From Mobula birostris (lineage: Eukaryota): a stretch of DNA of 64,000 nucleotides. The stretch covers positions 87,407,006-87,471,005 of the forward strand of contig NC_092379.1 in the NCBI RefSeq assembly GCF_030028105.1, written 5' to 3'. The position numbers and the translations under genes were made by a program. Shown piece after piece: positions 37,186 through 50,794 of this stretch; position 1 is the stretch's first letter; each line of letters begins with the position of its first letter. The notes below the pieces were generated by a model. That model made no database searches. It had not been told where the DNA came from and saw only the letters and a list, made by a program, of their open reading frames with translations.

Positions 37186-38478
37186 ACTTCACAAAGCAGT
37201 GCAAAATTTCTATAACCTCAATTAAATACATTTTTGAAAAAAATAGAAAATTATTTCATTGGTGTTTAATAACTACTTATGCTTGGATTAGACATAAGGA
37301 ATTCCATTATTGAGTTTAAAGAAACATGTTACTTGGATTTTCACTTATTTTTGTTGGTATTTAACTAAAATTAATGGAGGTTACACACACTGGCTAAATT
37401 ACTTGCTTGAAGCCTGGTGATGTGTATCCTGACAACTATAATCTCATTTAACACCACACTAATGTGCCAGGAAGCATCAATCAGATTGTTGAGGAACCAA
37501 CACAGTTCATCTGCCAAAGTGAGTGTCCTTGTCTGGAAGGGGAAATCAGATAATCTATTAAAGTATGTTGTTCATAAGGAGAATCTGACAAATAAATACA
37601 GATATAAGGGTGTACGAAGGGATAAAACGATCTAGTAACCTTGAAGATTCAAAAAATACAAATGCTAAGAAAATATTGGTAATTAATGCTTGCTAAATAA
37701 TCCCTAATAAAAGTATTCGTGCTTCTGTAAAAATAATCTATAACATAAATGTGACTGGAAAACAAAACAAGCTGAAAACTGTCTCTGGGTAAGGAAGACA
37801 TTAGGACCAAGGATGAAAAATGCTCTTGAATCTTTTAGTACTTAAACTATCATCTATCTTTGAGTCATTTTAAATGAATGAATGTGAAATACCTGCCAGA
37901 GACTTTGTGGACATTTAGGAACATCATTGTTTACTGGTAAGTCCAAGCCATAGTTTTTTGAGGAAAGCTTTCCACCACCAGAACAAATAAAATTATATTT
38001 CCTTAGGTACTGGGCAAATTTATAAATTTATTTCTAGCCAGCCAACATTTGATGGCTATTTTAATCTATTGCATGCATTTGGGTTTCAGAAAACTGGAAG
38101 AGGAATCAAAAGACTAATTGGTTACCATTGTTGTTTCAGAAGTCTCTAATTGTCATTTTTGGGGTTCAGTTGGAATAACAGTTCCTTAAATTGCCATGGT
38201 TTAATGACTAAAATTAGTAATTCAAATTTTAAAAACCATTGCTACAGATATATCTTTCCAGAATCCAGTCCCTAGATTTCTCCACAGAGGGTAACCAGGT
38301 TAATAAAGCTGATAACAATAAAAGAATGGCCTCGTTTAAATTGAAATAAACTTTACTGTCATTAAGACTGTTGCTAATTCTATCCTAGAACAGATGGTAG
38401 GTAGAGATCTGTATTGAGAAAGAAGAGGGCAATATAGAAAGGCAAGCTTCTATAAAAGCAATCAGGTTTTATTTATTA

Positions 38479-41400
38479 ATGTCTGTGCCACGCGACAGTG
38501 AGTATAGGAATAGAGTGAGGTGGAGAATAATTGCATGGCTGAAGGATTGGAGCAGGGGGCAGAGTTTCAGATTTCTGGATTACTGGGATGTCTTTTGGGG
38601 CAGGAATAACCTGTACAAAAAGGGCAGGTTGCACTTGAATCTGGGAGGGAACAATATTCTGGCAGGGAGGTTTGCTAAGGCTACTGGGGATTGTTTAAAC
38701 TAGAATCGCTAGAGGATGGGAATCGAACTGAAGAGACTGAGGAAGGGGTGGTTGGCTCACAAATCAAGAAAGCTTGTAGACAGGGTGAAAGGGAGGATAG
38801 GCATGTGATGGAGAAGGGAAACGCTCAGACTGATGATTAGGGATGTGTCTATTTTAGTGCAAGGAGTATCACAAACAAAGTGGATGAGCTTAGAGCGCGA
38901 ATCAGTACTTGGAGCTATGATGTTATGGCCATTATAGAGACTTGGAAGGATCAGGGGCAGGAATGGTTACTTAGAGTGCTAAGCTTTAGATGTTTCGGAA
39001 AGGACTGTGAGGGAGGGAAAAGAGGTGGGGGCGCAACACTGCTGATCAGAGAGAGTGTCACGGCAGAAAAGGAGGAAGTCATGGAAGGCTTGTCTACTGA
39101 GTCTCTGTGGGTGGAAGTTAGGAACAACAAGGGGTCAATAACTCTACTGAGTGTTTTTTATAGACCACCCAACAGTAACAGGGACATCGAGGAGCAGATA
39201 GGGAGACAGATTGTAGAAAGATGCAATAATAAGAGGGTTGTCATGCTGGGAGATTTTAATTTCCCCAATATTGATTGGCATCTCCCTAGAGTGAGGGATT
39301 TAGATGGGGTGGAGTTTGTTAGGTGTGTTTAGGAAGATTTCCTGACAAAATATGTAGATAACCCAACAAGAGGAGAGGCAGTACTTGATCTGGTATTGGG
39401 AAATGAACCTAGCCAGGTGTCAGGTCTCTCAGTGGGAGAGCATTTTGGAGATAGTGATCACAATTCTTTCTCCTTGAGCAGAACATTGGAGAGGATAGGA
39501 ACAGATAAGTTCTGAAGGAGTTTAATTGGAGTAAGATGAAATATGAAGCTATAAGGCCGGAACTTGGAAGCATAAATTGGGAACAGATATTCTCAGGGAA
39601 ATGTATGGCAGAAATGTGGCAAATGTTCAGGGGATACTTGGGTGGTGTTCTGCACAGGTGTGTTCCAATGAGACAGGGAAAGGATGGTAGAGTACAGGAA
39701 CCATGGTGTACAAAGGCTGTTGAAAATCTAATCAAGAAGAAAAGAAAAGCTTACAAAGTTCAGAAACGTAGGTAATAATAGAGATCTAGAAAATTATAAA
39801 GCTAGCAAGAAGGAGCTTAAGATTGAAGTTAGGAGAGCCAGAAGGGGCCATGAGAAGGCCTTGGTGAGCAGGATTAAGGAAACCCCTTGGCATTCTACAA
39901 GTATGTGAAGAGCAAGAGGATAATACGTGAGAAAATGAGACCAATCAAGTGTGACAGTGGAAAAATGTGTATGGAACCAGAGGAGATAGTGGAGGTACTT
40001 AATGAATACTTTGCTTCAGTATTCACCATGGAAAAGGATCTTGGTGATTGTAGGGATGACTTACAGTGGATTCAAAAGCTTAAGCATATAGACAATAAGA
40101 AAGAGGAGGTGCTGGAGCTTTTGGAAAGCATCAAGTTGGATATGTCACAAGGACAGGAGGAGATATACCCAGGCTTCTGTGGGAGGTGATGGAGGAAATT
40201 GCTGAGCCTCTGGCAATGATATTTGCATCATCAGTGGGTTCCAGAGGATTGGAGGGCTCCAGGTGTTGTTCCCTTCTTCAAGAAAGGGAGTAGAAGTAGC
40301 CCAGGAAATTATAGACCAGTGAGTCTTACTTCAGTTGTTGGTAAGTTGATGGAGAAGATCCTGAGAGGCAGGATTTATGAACATTTAGAGAGGTATAATA
40401 TCATTCAGAATAGTCAGCATGGCTTTGTCAAGGGCAGGTCATGTCTTACTAGCCTGACTGAATTTTTTGAGGATGTGACTAAACACCTGAAGGTAAAGCA
40501 GTAGATATAGTGTATGTGGAGTTCAGCAAGGCATTTGATGAGGTACACCATGCAAGGCTTATTGAATAAGTAAGGGCGCATGGGATCCAAGGGGACCTTG
40601 CTTTGTGGATCCAGAATTGGCTTGCCTACAGTAGGCAAAGGGTAATTGTAGACGGGTCATATTCTGCATGGAGGTCGGTGACCAGTGGTGTGTCTCCAGG
40701 GATCTGTTCAGTGATCCCTTCTCTTCGTGATTTTTATAAATGACCTGGAGGTAATGGAGGGATGGGTTAGTAAATTTGCTGATGACACAAAGATGGAGTT
40801 CAACCCAGATAAGTGTGAGGTGGTTCATTTTGGTAGATCAAATACGATGACAGGATATAATATTAATGGTAAGACTCTTGGCAGAGTGGAGAATCAGAGG
40901 GATCTTGGGGTCCGAGTCCATACGACACTTAAAGCTGGTTGACTCTGTGGTTAACAAGGCATATGGTGCACTGGGCTTCATCAACCGTGGGATTGAGTTT
41001 AAGAGCTGAGAGGTAATGTTACAACTGTATAGAACCCTGGTCAGACCCCACTTGGAGTACTGTGCTCACTTCTAGACACCTCATTACAGGAAGGATGTGG
41101 AAACCATAGAAAAGGTGCAAAGAAGATTTACAAGGATGTTTCCTGGATTGGGGAGCATGCCATGTGAGTATAGATTTAGTGAACTTGGCCTTTTCTCCTT
41201 GAAGCGACGGAGGATGAGAGGTGACCTGATAGAGGTGTTTAAGTTGATGAGAGGCATTGATCAGGTGGATCGGTAGTGGTCTTTTCCCCAGGGCTGAAAT
41301 GGCTAACACGAGAGGGCACAGGTTTAAGGTGTTTTGAAATAGGTACAGAGGAGATGTCAGGGGTAAGTTTTTTACGCAGAGAGTGGTGAGTGTGTGGAAT

Positions 41401-41586
41401 GGGCTGCCGGCAACTGTGGTGGAGGCAGATACAATAGGGTCTTTTAAGAGACAACTAGATAGGTACATGGAGCTTTGGCAAATAGAGGACTATGGGTAAC
41501 CCTAGGTAATTTCTAAAGTAAGTACATGTTTGGCACAGCTTTGTGGGCCAAAGGGCCTGTATTGTGCTGTAGTTTTTCTATGTTTC
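38479..41586 (+). mobile_element. CR1 LINE (subfamily A), 5'-truncated within ORF1
   Basis: Colinear with 16500-19770. APE and RT motifs. Internal deletion near 40790 (KFADDTK|MEFNPDK). Tail tttctatgtttc. Confidence 0.97.
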
Positions 41587-41589
41587 AAA

Positions 41590-44465
41590 ATTTCTGTTAT
41601 CATCACATGTACCAAGATACAGAGAAAAAAATTGTCTTGCTTGCTGTTTACGCAGATCAAGTCATTATACAATGCATGGAGGTTAAATAATATAAAATAT
41701 TAAGAATACAAAATAAAGTGTAAAAGCTACGAGGAAATTGCAGTATAGACAAACGGTAAATTGCAAGTTCATAATGAGGTAGATTTTGAGGACATGAATC
41801 CATGGTATCATACAAGAGGTCCATTCCATGGTCTGATAACAGTGAGATGGAAGCTGTCCCTGAGCCTGGCAGTATGTGCTTTCAGGCTTTTGTATCTTCA
41901 CCCCAAAGACAGAATATCCAGGGTGGGAGCTGTCTTTGTTTATTCCGGTTACTTTAGTGAGAAGTATGGACTATGTCCAGATTTGGATTCAGATTCAGAG
42001 TCAGAGTCATTTACTTATCAACGTACTTCCAAGCATACAGTGAAATTTGTCATTTGTGTAAAGGACGTGCTGGGGGCAGCCATTGAGTGCCATATATTCT
42101 GGCATCAACATAGTATGTACACAGTGTTCAGCAGAATTATTCAGCAACAGCAACGAAGCAGAACAGCAGCAGCAAACAAGCCCCTTACCTTCCAAACAAC
42201 CACTCACCTACCTATACACTCTGACAGTCCTCCATACGCTGCTTTCAGTTATTCGACTTCAAATCTTTGGCCTGGACTTACAGACTCGCAGACATCGGAT
42301 CTCTGACTTCTGGACACACTAAAGTACCTCTAACTTGCAGACTTTCAGACATCAGGCTTCAACTTCTAGACTCACTGGTCCTCCTGCTTCCTCTCCACAT
42401 TGACCCCTGATCCTGCACTGCTGAGGAGATCTTGCAGACTGAGTCAGGGGGAGGTGGGGTGCAGGAACGGTGGGGCACCAGCCTTTATCCTTGGAGCATG
42501 ACATCCAACCACGGGAATCTTCTTCCGCAGTGTTCTCTGAACTGGTCTCCAGCTCCTGAATCTAACTCTTTAGTTTTTGCATCTGACCTCTAAATACACT
42601 TGTATTTGTGCCTAACCCCCAACCTGTTTCCCTAACTCCCTGCATTACTCCCCAAACCAACCCTATGAACCTAAAAAACCACTAAGTCTGATCCATGACC
42701 TTGACAGACATTCATAGTAGAGAGGCTGGTTCCACGACGTGCTGAGCTGTGTCCACAACTCTCTGCAGATTCTTGCAGTCATGTGCAAAGCAATTCAATC
42801 AGAATCGGGTTTATTATCACTGGCATGTGTCAGGAGATTTGTTGTTCTGCAGCAGCAGTACATTGCAATACATAATAATAAAAACTATAAATTACAGTAA
42901 GTATGTATAAATTAAATAAGTATTGAAAAAAAAGGGGAAAGTGCTGAGATAGTGTTCATGGATCATTGTCTATTCAGAAATCTGATGGTGAACCAAGTTA
43001 TAATGCACCCAGATGCAAAGCTCTCAATAGGGCCATAATTATATTTGATAAGAGTACACACAGTGACATGCCAGCTTTCTTAGTCCCCTGAAGGTATAGG
43101 CTCTGGTGAGCTTTCTCACCAGTGACATCAACATGATGGATCAGGACAGGACAGTTTTCACACCGAGGAAGTTGAAACTCCCAATCCTCTTAACTTCAAT
43201 ACATCTGATGTAGACAGGAGCATGGGTAACACCCTCACCCCCATTCCTTTCTGAAGTCAATGGCCAGCTCATTTGTTTGGCTAACATTTAGTCACACCAC
43301 CAAATCTCGAAGCTCTCTGTCTCATTCCTGTATTCCAACTCATTGTTACTTGAGCTACAGTCCACTACAGCGGTATCATTTACAAACTTGTTGATGGAGT
43401 TAGAGCAGCATCTGTCTATGTAGTCATGAATGTACAGTGAGTAGTGCAGGGGACTGGGAACACAACCTTGTGGAACATCAGTGTTTGGAATAATCATAAT
43501 GGACATGCTGCTGCCTATCCTTACTGATGGTGGTCTGTTAGTCAGAAAGTCGAGGATCCAGAAAGAGGCATTAACTGACCATGGCCTGGAGTTTGGTGAT
43601 GAGTTTGCATGAAATAACTGTATTGAAGGCAGAACTGTAGTCAATAAACACTTAGGTGTCTTCATTGATCAGACACTCCGGAGATAAGCATAAAGCCGGG
43701 AAGAAGGTGTTTGCCATTGACTTGTTTTGGTGGTAGGTGAATTGCAGTGGGTTCAGGTAGTCTGGAAAGTGGGAGTTAATGCATGCCATGATCAGCCTCC
43801 TGAAGAACTTAATGATGGTAAATATTAGAGCCAATGGGTAATAGTCGTGAAGGCACGATATCTTGTTTTTTCTTTGGTACTGGGATGAATGTGTTCTTCT
43901 TAAAACAGGAGGGAATCATATCCTGAAGCAGGGAGGGGTTATGAATGCCTGCAAATATCCCTGCTAGCTGACCCATACAGGATTTAAGGACATAGCCAAG
44001 GTCACCAACCAGGCCCAATGGTTTCTGTGGGTTTTCCATCCAGGAGACTAATTTTTTGTCTGTGAAGGTGACTGTAGATGTCAGTGCACTGGAAACTGTC
44101 ATATCCATAGTGACATACTCATTCACTTCTGTCCAAAATCTGCAAAGAATGTGCTGAGTTCAGTGGGAAGGGATGGGCTGTCGTCGACAATGCTGCTCAG
44201 CTTCATTACATAACTGTGTTAGCCCTGCCACAGCTAATGGCTGGACTGACATGCAATTTTGGACTGGTTCTGAATCAGAGCATCCCGAGTACATTTATGG
44301 AGTTCAAATTCTGATGTTTTTATAAAGGTCAGGGTTAACTGATTTGAATGCTGCAGACATGGACTACAGAAGGCAGTGAATCTCCCAGTTCAATAATCGT
44401 TTCCAGTTTGGAAACACAAGGATCATCTTCTTTAGTATTCTGTCCTCAACACACTTGCTGATAAG
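41590..44465 (-). mobile_element. Old Rex1/Babar LINE with nested inserts (41983-42715 and 42795-42990)
   Basis: WILDFLTNRP, VPQGCVPSPL, PSCFKKNTFIPVPKK, LNPLQF, QGQLPSHCYQTMEW C-terminus. Confidence 0.8.
41983..42715 (-). mobile_element. Non-autonomous element with (TCTGAA/TCTGAC)n tail
   Basis: gattcagattcagagtcagagtca tail. Non-coding body with cagacatc/ctgacttc repeats. Confidence 0.55.
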
Positions 44466-44559
44466 GATATAGATTAATTCAATTTATGATTTTAGTTGAA
44501 GATTGGTTTAGATATTCATTTACAAAGAGTTCTGTCAGCTGAAGTCAATTAAAAGCAAG

Positions 44560-44895
44560 AAAGGCTTATATGATTTCTTTGATATACTAATATGTCTTAA
44601 AGCAAACTGAATACACTTAACTTATGTCATTCTTTTTGAAATATAAAGGAAATATAAAGAAAATATTGTAGACATGGCCCTAAGTGTGACAATGCCAGTG
44701 GCAATTGATTCTTCCGTCGATATTGGCAGAAGGGTGAATGTTGAGAAGACTGCCAGGAATATGCAATTCCGTTACTTAAACAATGTTGAGAAATCAATTA
44801 CGTCTGCCTGAACCACCAAGCGAAGTAATAATGAGATTGCTTAAGTTGCACTAGAAACACAGCAACTATACAAATGCAATGCATCTGTACAATGT
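44560..44895 (-). mobile_element. Ancient Deu-SINE (SacSINE1-like)
   Basis: gatattggcagaagggtgaatgttgagaagactgccaggaa...ttacgtctgcctga resembles a reverse-complemented Deu domain. Confidence 0.45.
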
Positions 44896-44902
44896 CTACA
44901 TT

Positions 44903-45410
44903 TACTCAGTAGTCAGTTTATAAAGTACAGTGAAACTTAATTTGGTCTTCTGCTGCTGTAGCTCACCCACTTCAAGGTTCAATGTGTTGTGCATTCAGAG
45001 ATGCTCTTCTGCACATACTGTTGGAACACATGGTTATTTGAGTTACTGTCACCTTTCTGTCAGCTTGAACCTGGTTGGTCATTCTCCTCTGACCTTTCTC
45101 ATTAACAAGATGCTTTTTCCCAAAGAACATTTTTTCTCTGTAACTCCAGACTCGAGACCGTTGTGCATGAAAATCATGGGAGATCAGCAGTTTCTGAGGT
45201 ACACAAACCACACCACCTGGTACCAACAATCATTCCACAGTCAAAATCACTTAGATCACATTTCTTCTCATTTCAGATGTTTGGTCTGAACAACTCTTGA
45301 CCACGTCTGCATGCTTTTATGCATTGAGTTGCTGCCAAATGATTGGCTGATTAGATATTTGCATTAGCAAGCAGGTGTACAGATGTATTGAATAAAATGG
45401 CCACTGAAAG
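44903..45410 (-). mobile_element. Internally deleted Tc1/mariner element
   Basis: Imperfect TIRs actcagtagtcagtttataaagtaca / tgtattgaataaaatggccactgaaag followed by TA. Transposase N-terminal remnant KGQRRMTNQVQADRKVTVTQIT. Confidence 0.85.
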
Positions 45411-45617
45411 TATAATTCATGATGTTAAACTTGAAGAAGCAGAATTTGTGGTTCTATACTGGATGAGAAGAAGATCAATGGTGCCAGTTTAGGTAGATTA
45501 CTAAGTGATAAAGCAGAAGTGTGGACGAAAATTACATCAGCTAGAAATTTTTAATAGCCATTTACTTAAATATAAGACTAAATGGTGCGTATAACTGAAC
45601 ATGGGCTTTTTGGGAAG

Positions 45618-46534
45618 CAACACTCACAAAATGCTGGAAAAATTCTGCAGGTCAGGCAGCATCTATGTATATGAATAAACAGTTGGCATTTCAGGCTGAG
45701 ACCTTTGTCCAGGACTAAGAAGGAAGGGGTAAGATGCCAGGAGAAGGAGGCCAGCCGGAAGGTGATAGGTGAAGCCAGATGAGTGTGATCGATAAAGGGC
45801 AGGAGAAGAAGGAATCTGATAGGAGAGAAGAGTGGACCATAGGAGAAAGGGAAGGAGGAGGGGGCATAGGGGATAATGATAGGCAGATGGAAAGAGGTGA
45901 AATGTCAGAGTGGGAAATAAATAGAAGAAGAGGGGATGGGGAATTTTTTTTACCAGAAGGAGAATTTGATATTCACGTCATCAGGAATATAAGACCATAA
46001 GACAAAGACAAAGGAGCAGAAGTCGGCCATTCGGCCCATTGAGTCTGCTCCACCATTTCTCCCATTTAGTCCCACTCCCCCGCCTTCTCACCATAACCTT
46101 TGATGTCCTGACTACTCAGATACCTATCAATCTCTGCCTTAAGTACACCCAATGACTTGGCCTCTACTGCCGCCTGTGGCAACAAATTCCATAGATTCAT
46201 CACCCTCTGGCTAAAAAACTTTCTTCACATCCCTGTTCTGAATGGGCACCCTTCAATCCTTAAGTCATGCCCTCTCGTACTAGACTCCCCCATCATGGGA
46301 AACAACTTTGCCACATCCACTCTGTCCATGCCTTTTAACATTTGAAATGTTACTATGAGGTCTCCCCTCATTCTTCTAAACTCCAAGGAGTACTGTCCAA
46401 AGGTGTTACTCCTCCAACTTGACTCCATCTTGGCAGAAGAGGAGGCCATAGATCAACATGTCAGAATGAGAAGGGGAATGGGAATTAAATATTTGGCCAC
46501 TGGGAAGTTCCACTTGTGGCGGATGAAGTGGAGG
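45618..46534 (-). mobile_element. Penelope-like 3' fragment split by CR1
   Basis: Terminal repeat cacaaaatgctgg..caggtcaggcagcatctatg. Colinear with 21134-21560. Rejoins as ggaatataag|gtgttactcctcc. Confidence 0.85.
45989..46400 (-). mobile_element. CR1 3' fragment (subfamily C, TCTTATGG tail)
   Basis: YSLEFRRMRGDLI..LFPMMGESSTRGHDLRI. Confidence 0.92.
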
Positions 46535-46700
46535 ACATTAAGCTCCCAGCTATAATCTTCTCTTAGCCATGATTCAGTGATACCTACAATATCATACCTG
46601 CCAATCTGCAACTGTGCTGCAAGTTCATCTGCCTTATTCTGTATAGTGTGCACATTCAGATAGAACATCTTCAGTCCTGTATTCACCCTTTTTAAATCGT
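46535..46700 (-). mobile_element. Isolated CR1 ORF2 N-terminal (APE) fragment
   Basis: LKMFYLNVHTIQNKADEL..YDIVGITESWL..WELNV. Confidence 0.85.
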
Positions 46701-47446
46701 CTGGTTTACATCTACAGTTCCAGTCCCTGTGTGGTTCATTCTCCTTCTTAACAGGCTCCTACAGTAAAGTTGTGATACTGACAAGCCATGGGCACATCAA
46801 ATACATTGTTGGGCTTGAGACGTACATACAGACTCAGGCGTTCACCAATGGAAGAATGATTAATCAGGCAATTGAATAATATGGTGGACTTTATGCAGAG
46901 TAGTCAGTGTAGACACCATGTTTACAAATGTGGGCCACTTTTGATCGGATGTTTAAAAATGGTAACAGTGGTTTAATTATTGTCTTTTTAGCCACGTCTT
47001 ATAGGTTCAATGGGAAAGCAAAAAGTTTAAAATGTGGGGCATCTAAAGGTCCTGTAGGTGATAAAGTTGGAATGCCTTACTATGGATATTATCAGCTCTG
47101 AATATCAATGTAAATTGACCAAGTACAACAATTATCACAACAGACTTAAGAAATGGTGGTAATTCAAGGAGATGGCCACAATGGACCTACAATTAAATAC
47201 TTTGCTGCATTTAGTTGTACATTGCAACTAATGCAGTAGATTGTTGTAGTACATTGCAGCAGCTTTCCCTTGCAGGAGTGTAATTATCATAGATCCTCTC
47301 AGGTCATGGGGTTTAAATCTTCTCCATGATTCATAGCTGAATGTAATAAGAACTACTGTGTTTTGATGTCGTCCATTGTTTGGGAAATCACATCAGGCCC
47401 TTCACTGCATGTTGCTTCCACTGTTTAACAAGCACCTTTGTTTGTT

Positions 47447-47530
47447 GTGCAACACACACAAAATGCTGGAGGAATTCAGCAAGCCAAGCAGCATCTATGG
47501 TCAACATCTTGGACCGAGACCCGTCAGTTT
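47447..47530 (-). repeat. Penelope terminal repeat fragment
   Basis: caacacacacaaaatgctggaggaattcagcaagccaagcagcatctatgg. Confidence 0.8.
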
Positions 47531-47669
47531 ACAGTATTTTATTTTTATTTATTTAGAAATGCAGTGTGGAGTAGACTATTACAGCACTACATCACAGGAA
47601 GGGAGCAAGGAAAAAAGATAGATACTGGTGTGGTTCCAGAAAACTTAATTTCACTTGGAAGGTTTCATC

Positions 47670-48075
47670 TGAAAAATCTGAAACTGCCTTGCTTGGAGGT
47701 AAGTGTTTTAAGGGGTAATTTGACAGAGTTATACAAGATCATCAAATGTTTATAGTATAAATATAGGGAATCTGTTCTCATTTGTAGATTTTTCAAGAAA
47801 CATGTAGGGAAATGAGCTGAAAACTAGGGGGATATGAAGATAAATGCCTTATATACAGGCATATTATGATCTGGGGCTCATAAAAACAGAGGAAACAAAC
47901 TTACCCAAAGATTTCAAACAGTAATTGGATAGGCTATGGATAGAAAAAATACAAAGAAGAGTTATAGAGAAAGATGAGTGACATGGAATTTACTTGATTT
48001 CTGTGAAAAAAGACAGCAGGGTCTCAGTGAGACAAATGGCTTCCTTCTGTGTAATTATGCTTCTGGTCCTCTATG
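47670..48075 (+). mobile_element. Very old CR1 3' fragment
   Basis: LRGNLTELYKII. 3' end gacaaatggcttccttctgtg. Confidence 0.6.
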
Positions 48076-48937
48076 TATCATTTATGCCATTGCATGAGAG
48101 CAAAGGTCAATTGATGAAGAACTCTCCTCTGATTATTAGATGTGACTCATATTGGAGATTATTACGATCAGAAAAGATTTAAAATAATGGCTACGTTGAA
48201 GGACTTGACATCTGCTGGAAGCATGGAACCATATCCATATTAAAGTACAAACTTTTTCTAAAAATGTGTTCACTCATTGCTGGAGATTATTACTACCACT
48301 CTGAGTGTATTTTCTGCACCATTGTGAATATAGCTATAATTCACTGCCTGAAATTGCCCTCTACATTGTGTGCTAGCTTTTAGAGTAGAAAAATCAGTGG
48401 ACGTGTGAAACCTCAGCAAAAAGTAACACTGAAACCTCACTGCTCTGTTCCCAGGCTATCACAACTTGCTGTGAAATATCACAAGTTAATTAAAGGAAAG
48501 TTATCGAAGTGCACTTGCAATATACTTATTATCTTTAGGTGATATTTCATAAGCATTTAACACAATATTTAAACCAGTCATGTGTGAACAAGACCCTAAC
48601 TATTGTCAATCATTACACTGCTATATTTCTGTTTATCATATAACACCAATTAAATATTTTATACATTTTTATATAACCATTACACTAATTCTGTATCGTA
48701 GGTGACTTTAAATATAGTTACCTATAGTGAATTGGGAGCATTTGGAAAGGGAAAATAAGCAAACATGTATTATCTCTATATATATTATTAATGCTAAGTT
48801 ATACGTATTTAGTATATGATAAAAACAGCAGCTAAAAGATTTCACAATTAAGATCTAGAATGGCTAGATTCCTTCTCCATTTTGTGCCAATTTAAATGCT
48901 CTATTAGTAATCAGGTTCCTTAAGATTGTCATAGTCA

Positions 48938-49500
48938 GGGAGGTAGTGGGGATAAGCTCCCACTACCTATTAGCTGATCCCAATGATGTGCGTCTCAAAC
49001 AGCCTTTGACAAGCAAATCCAGCTCCTGGCCTTTATGTGTGGCTTAGCTATTAAGCCCAGTGGAACCATCTCTACTGACAAGAGAAGTGGCAAAGACGGG
49101 TTCCTGGCACTTTAAAATCAGTCATTTTGGCCAGATGGGGTCCGTCAGCCATGTTTGGCAGCTCATCAAGGAGAAGGAAAACTCTGATCTCAAACCTATG
49201 CTACCTTACGGCTATACTCACTCATGGTGAAGGCTTTGGAAGTAAACCCCAAGGGATAATTTGGAGCTGAAGTCTCTAATGTAGTCCAACATTGAGTTCA
49301 GCACTGGCTGTCAACAGCTGCGAAGCAGGTGGTACCAAGCTGTATCTTGGCATTCCTTTGGATTCATCAGCTGCGTGGAAGGGGGGAGCCTGCTACATGG
49401 GAAAGAGCTTGCTCTCCATATTGCACTCTCATGGCTTGTGTTTCATGAGGACAGCTGGGAACAATATCCATGGCCGATCCTGACCAATGGCTGGCCTCAT
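48938..49500 (+). mobile_element. RTE-derived non-autonomous element
   Basis: RTE 5'-UTR-like motif ggcagctcatcaaggagaaggaaaactctgatctcaaacc. RTE-like 3' end atccatggccgatcctgaccaatggctggcct. No ORF. Confidence 0.65.
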
Positions 49501-50039
49501 TTGTAATCAACATATTCCATCACAACTTATATATATTGATGGATGAGGAAGAACACACCTACAATTGTGTTGAATTTCCTTGCAGTCTATGGTAAGAAGC
49601 ATGGTGTATCAATTATATTAATTAATTGATTATTAATTCACTTTATTGTCTAATATAGTCAAATATAACTTTTTCTTATTCTGAGTGGTTTCACAAAGTG
49701 AGATGGTTCACTTTTTTCCCTTCTTGTCAGCAAACTATACTGCAAGTAAATCAAATTACTAATGCATACTTTTGTAACAGTGAGAAGGTTATACACTTTG
49801 AACCACTGTATTTGATTTTAATTTCAGGGCATCTAATAAATACTGTAATAGCATTTCCAACATTTTGAATAATTTTGAAACTTCATCCAAAACATTATTA
49901 TTAAAACATATATTTGTTAATTGCAAATTTTAATTAGGTGTTATGTATATTTGCTAAAGGGAAATAGGGACGATTGATGAGAAAAATATTGTTGATGTGT
50001 GTATATGAGCCTCCTACAGAAATTTGGTAACCTTTTGCA

Positions 50040-50780
50040 AAATTGCACCCATTTACATCAGTGGTGCGCAAGTGGAACAGGTCAAAAGCTTTAAGTTCCT
50101 CGGGGTCAATATCACAAATGACCTGACTTGGCCCAACCAAGCAGAGTCCACTGCCAAGAAGGCCCACCAGCACCTTTATTTCCTGAGACAGCTAAAGAAA
50201 TTTTGGCCTGTCCCCTAAATCATTCAGTAATTTTTATAGATTCACCGTAGAAAGCATTCTTCTAGGGTGCATCACAACCTGGTATGGAAGTTGTCTTTTC
50301 CAAGACTGGAAGAAGCTGCAGAAGATCGTGAACACAACCCAACACATCACACAAATCAACCTTCCATCCTTGGACTCACTTTACACCGAACGCTGTCGGA
50401 GCAGTGCTGCCAGGATAATCAAGGACATGACCCACCCAGCCAATACACTTTTCGTCCCTCTTCCCTCGGGAGAAGGCTCAGGAGCTTGAAGACTCGTACG
50501 GCCAGATTTGGGAACAGCTTCTTTCCAACTGTGATAAGACTGCTGAACGGATCCTGACCCGGATCTAGGCCGTACCCTCCAAATATCCGGACCTGCCTCT
50601 CGGTTTTTTTGCACTACCTTACTTTCCCTTTTCTATTTTCTATTTATGATTTAGAATTTAAATTTTTACTATTTACTATCGATTTGTACTCCAGGGAGCG
50701 CAAAGCGCAGAATCAAATATCACTGTGCTGATTGTACACTCCAGTATCAATTGTTTGGCAACAATAAAGTAAAGTAAATA
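50040..50780 (+). mobile_element. Rex1/Babar LINE 3' part
   Basis: VEQVKSFKFLGVNI..AKKAHQHLYFLRQLKKF, RTARFGNSFFPTVIRLLNGS, aataaagtaaagtaaa tail. Confidence 0.95.
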
Positions 50781-50794
50781 AATTTTTCATGAAG

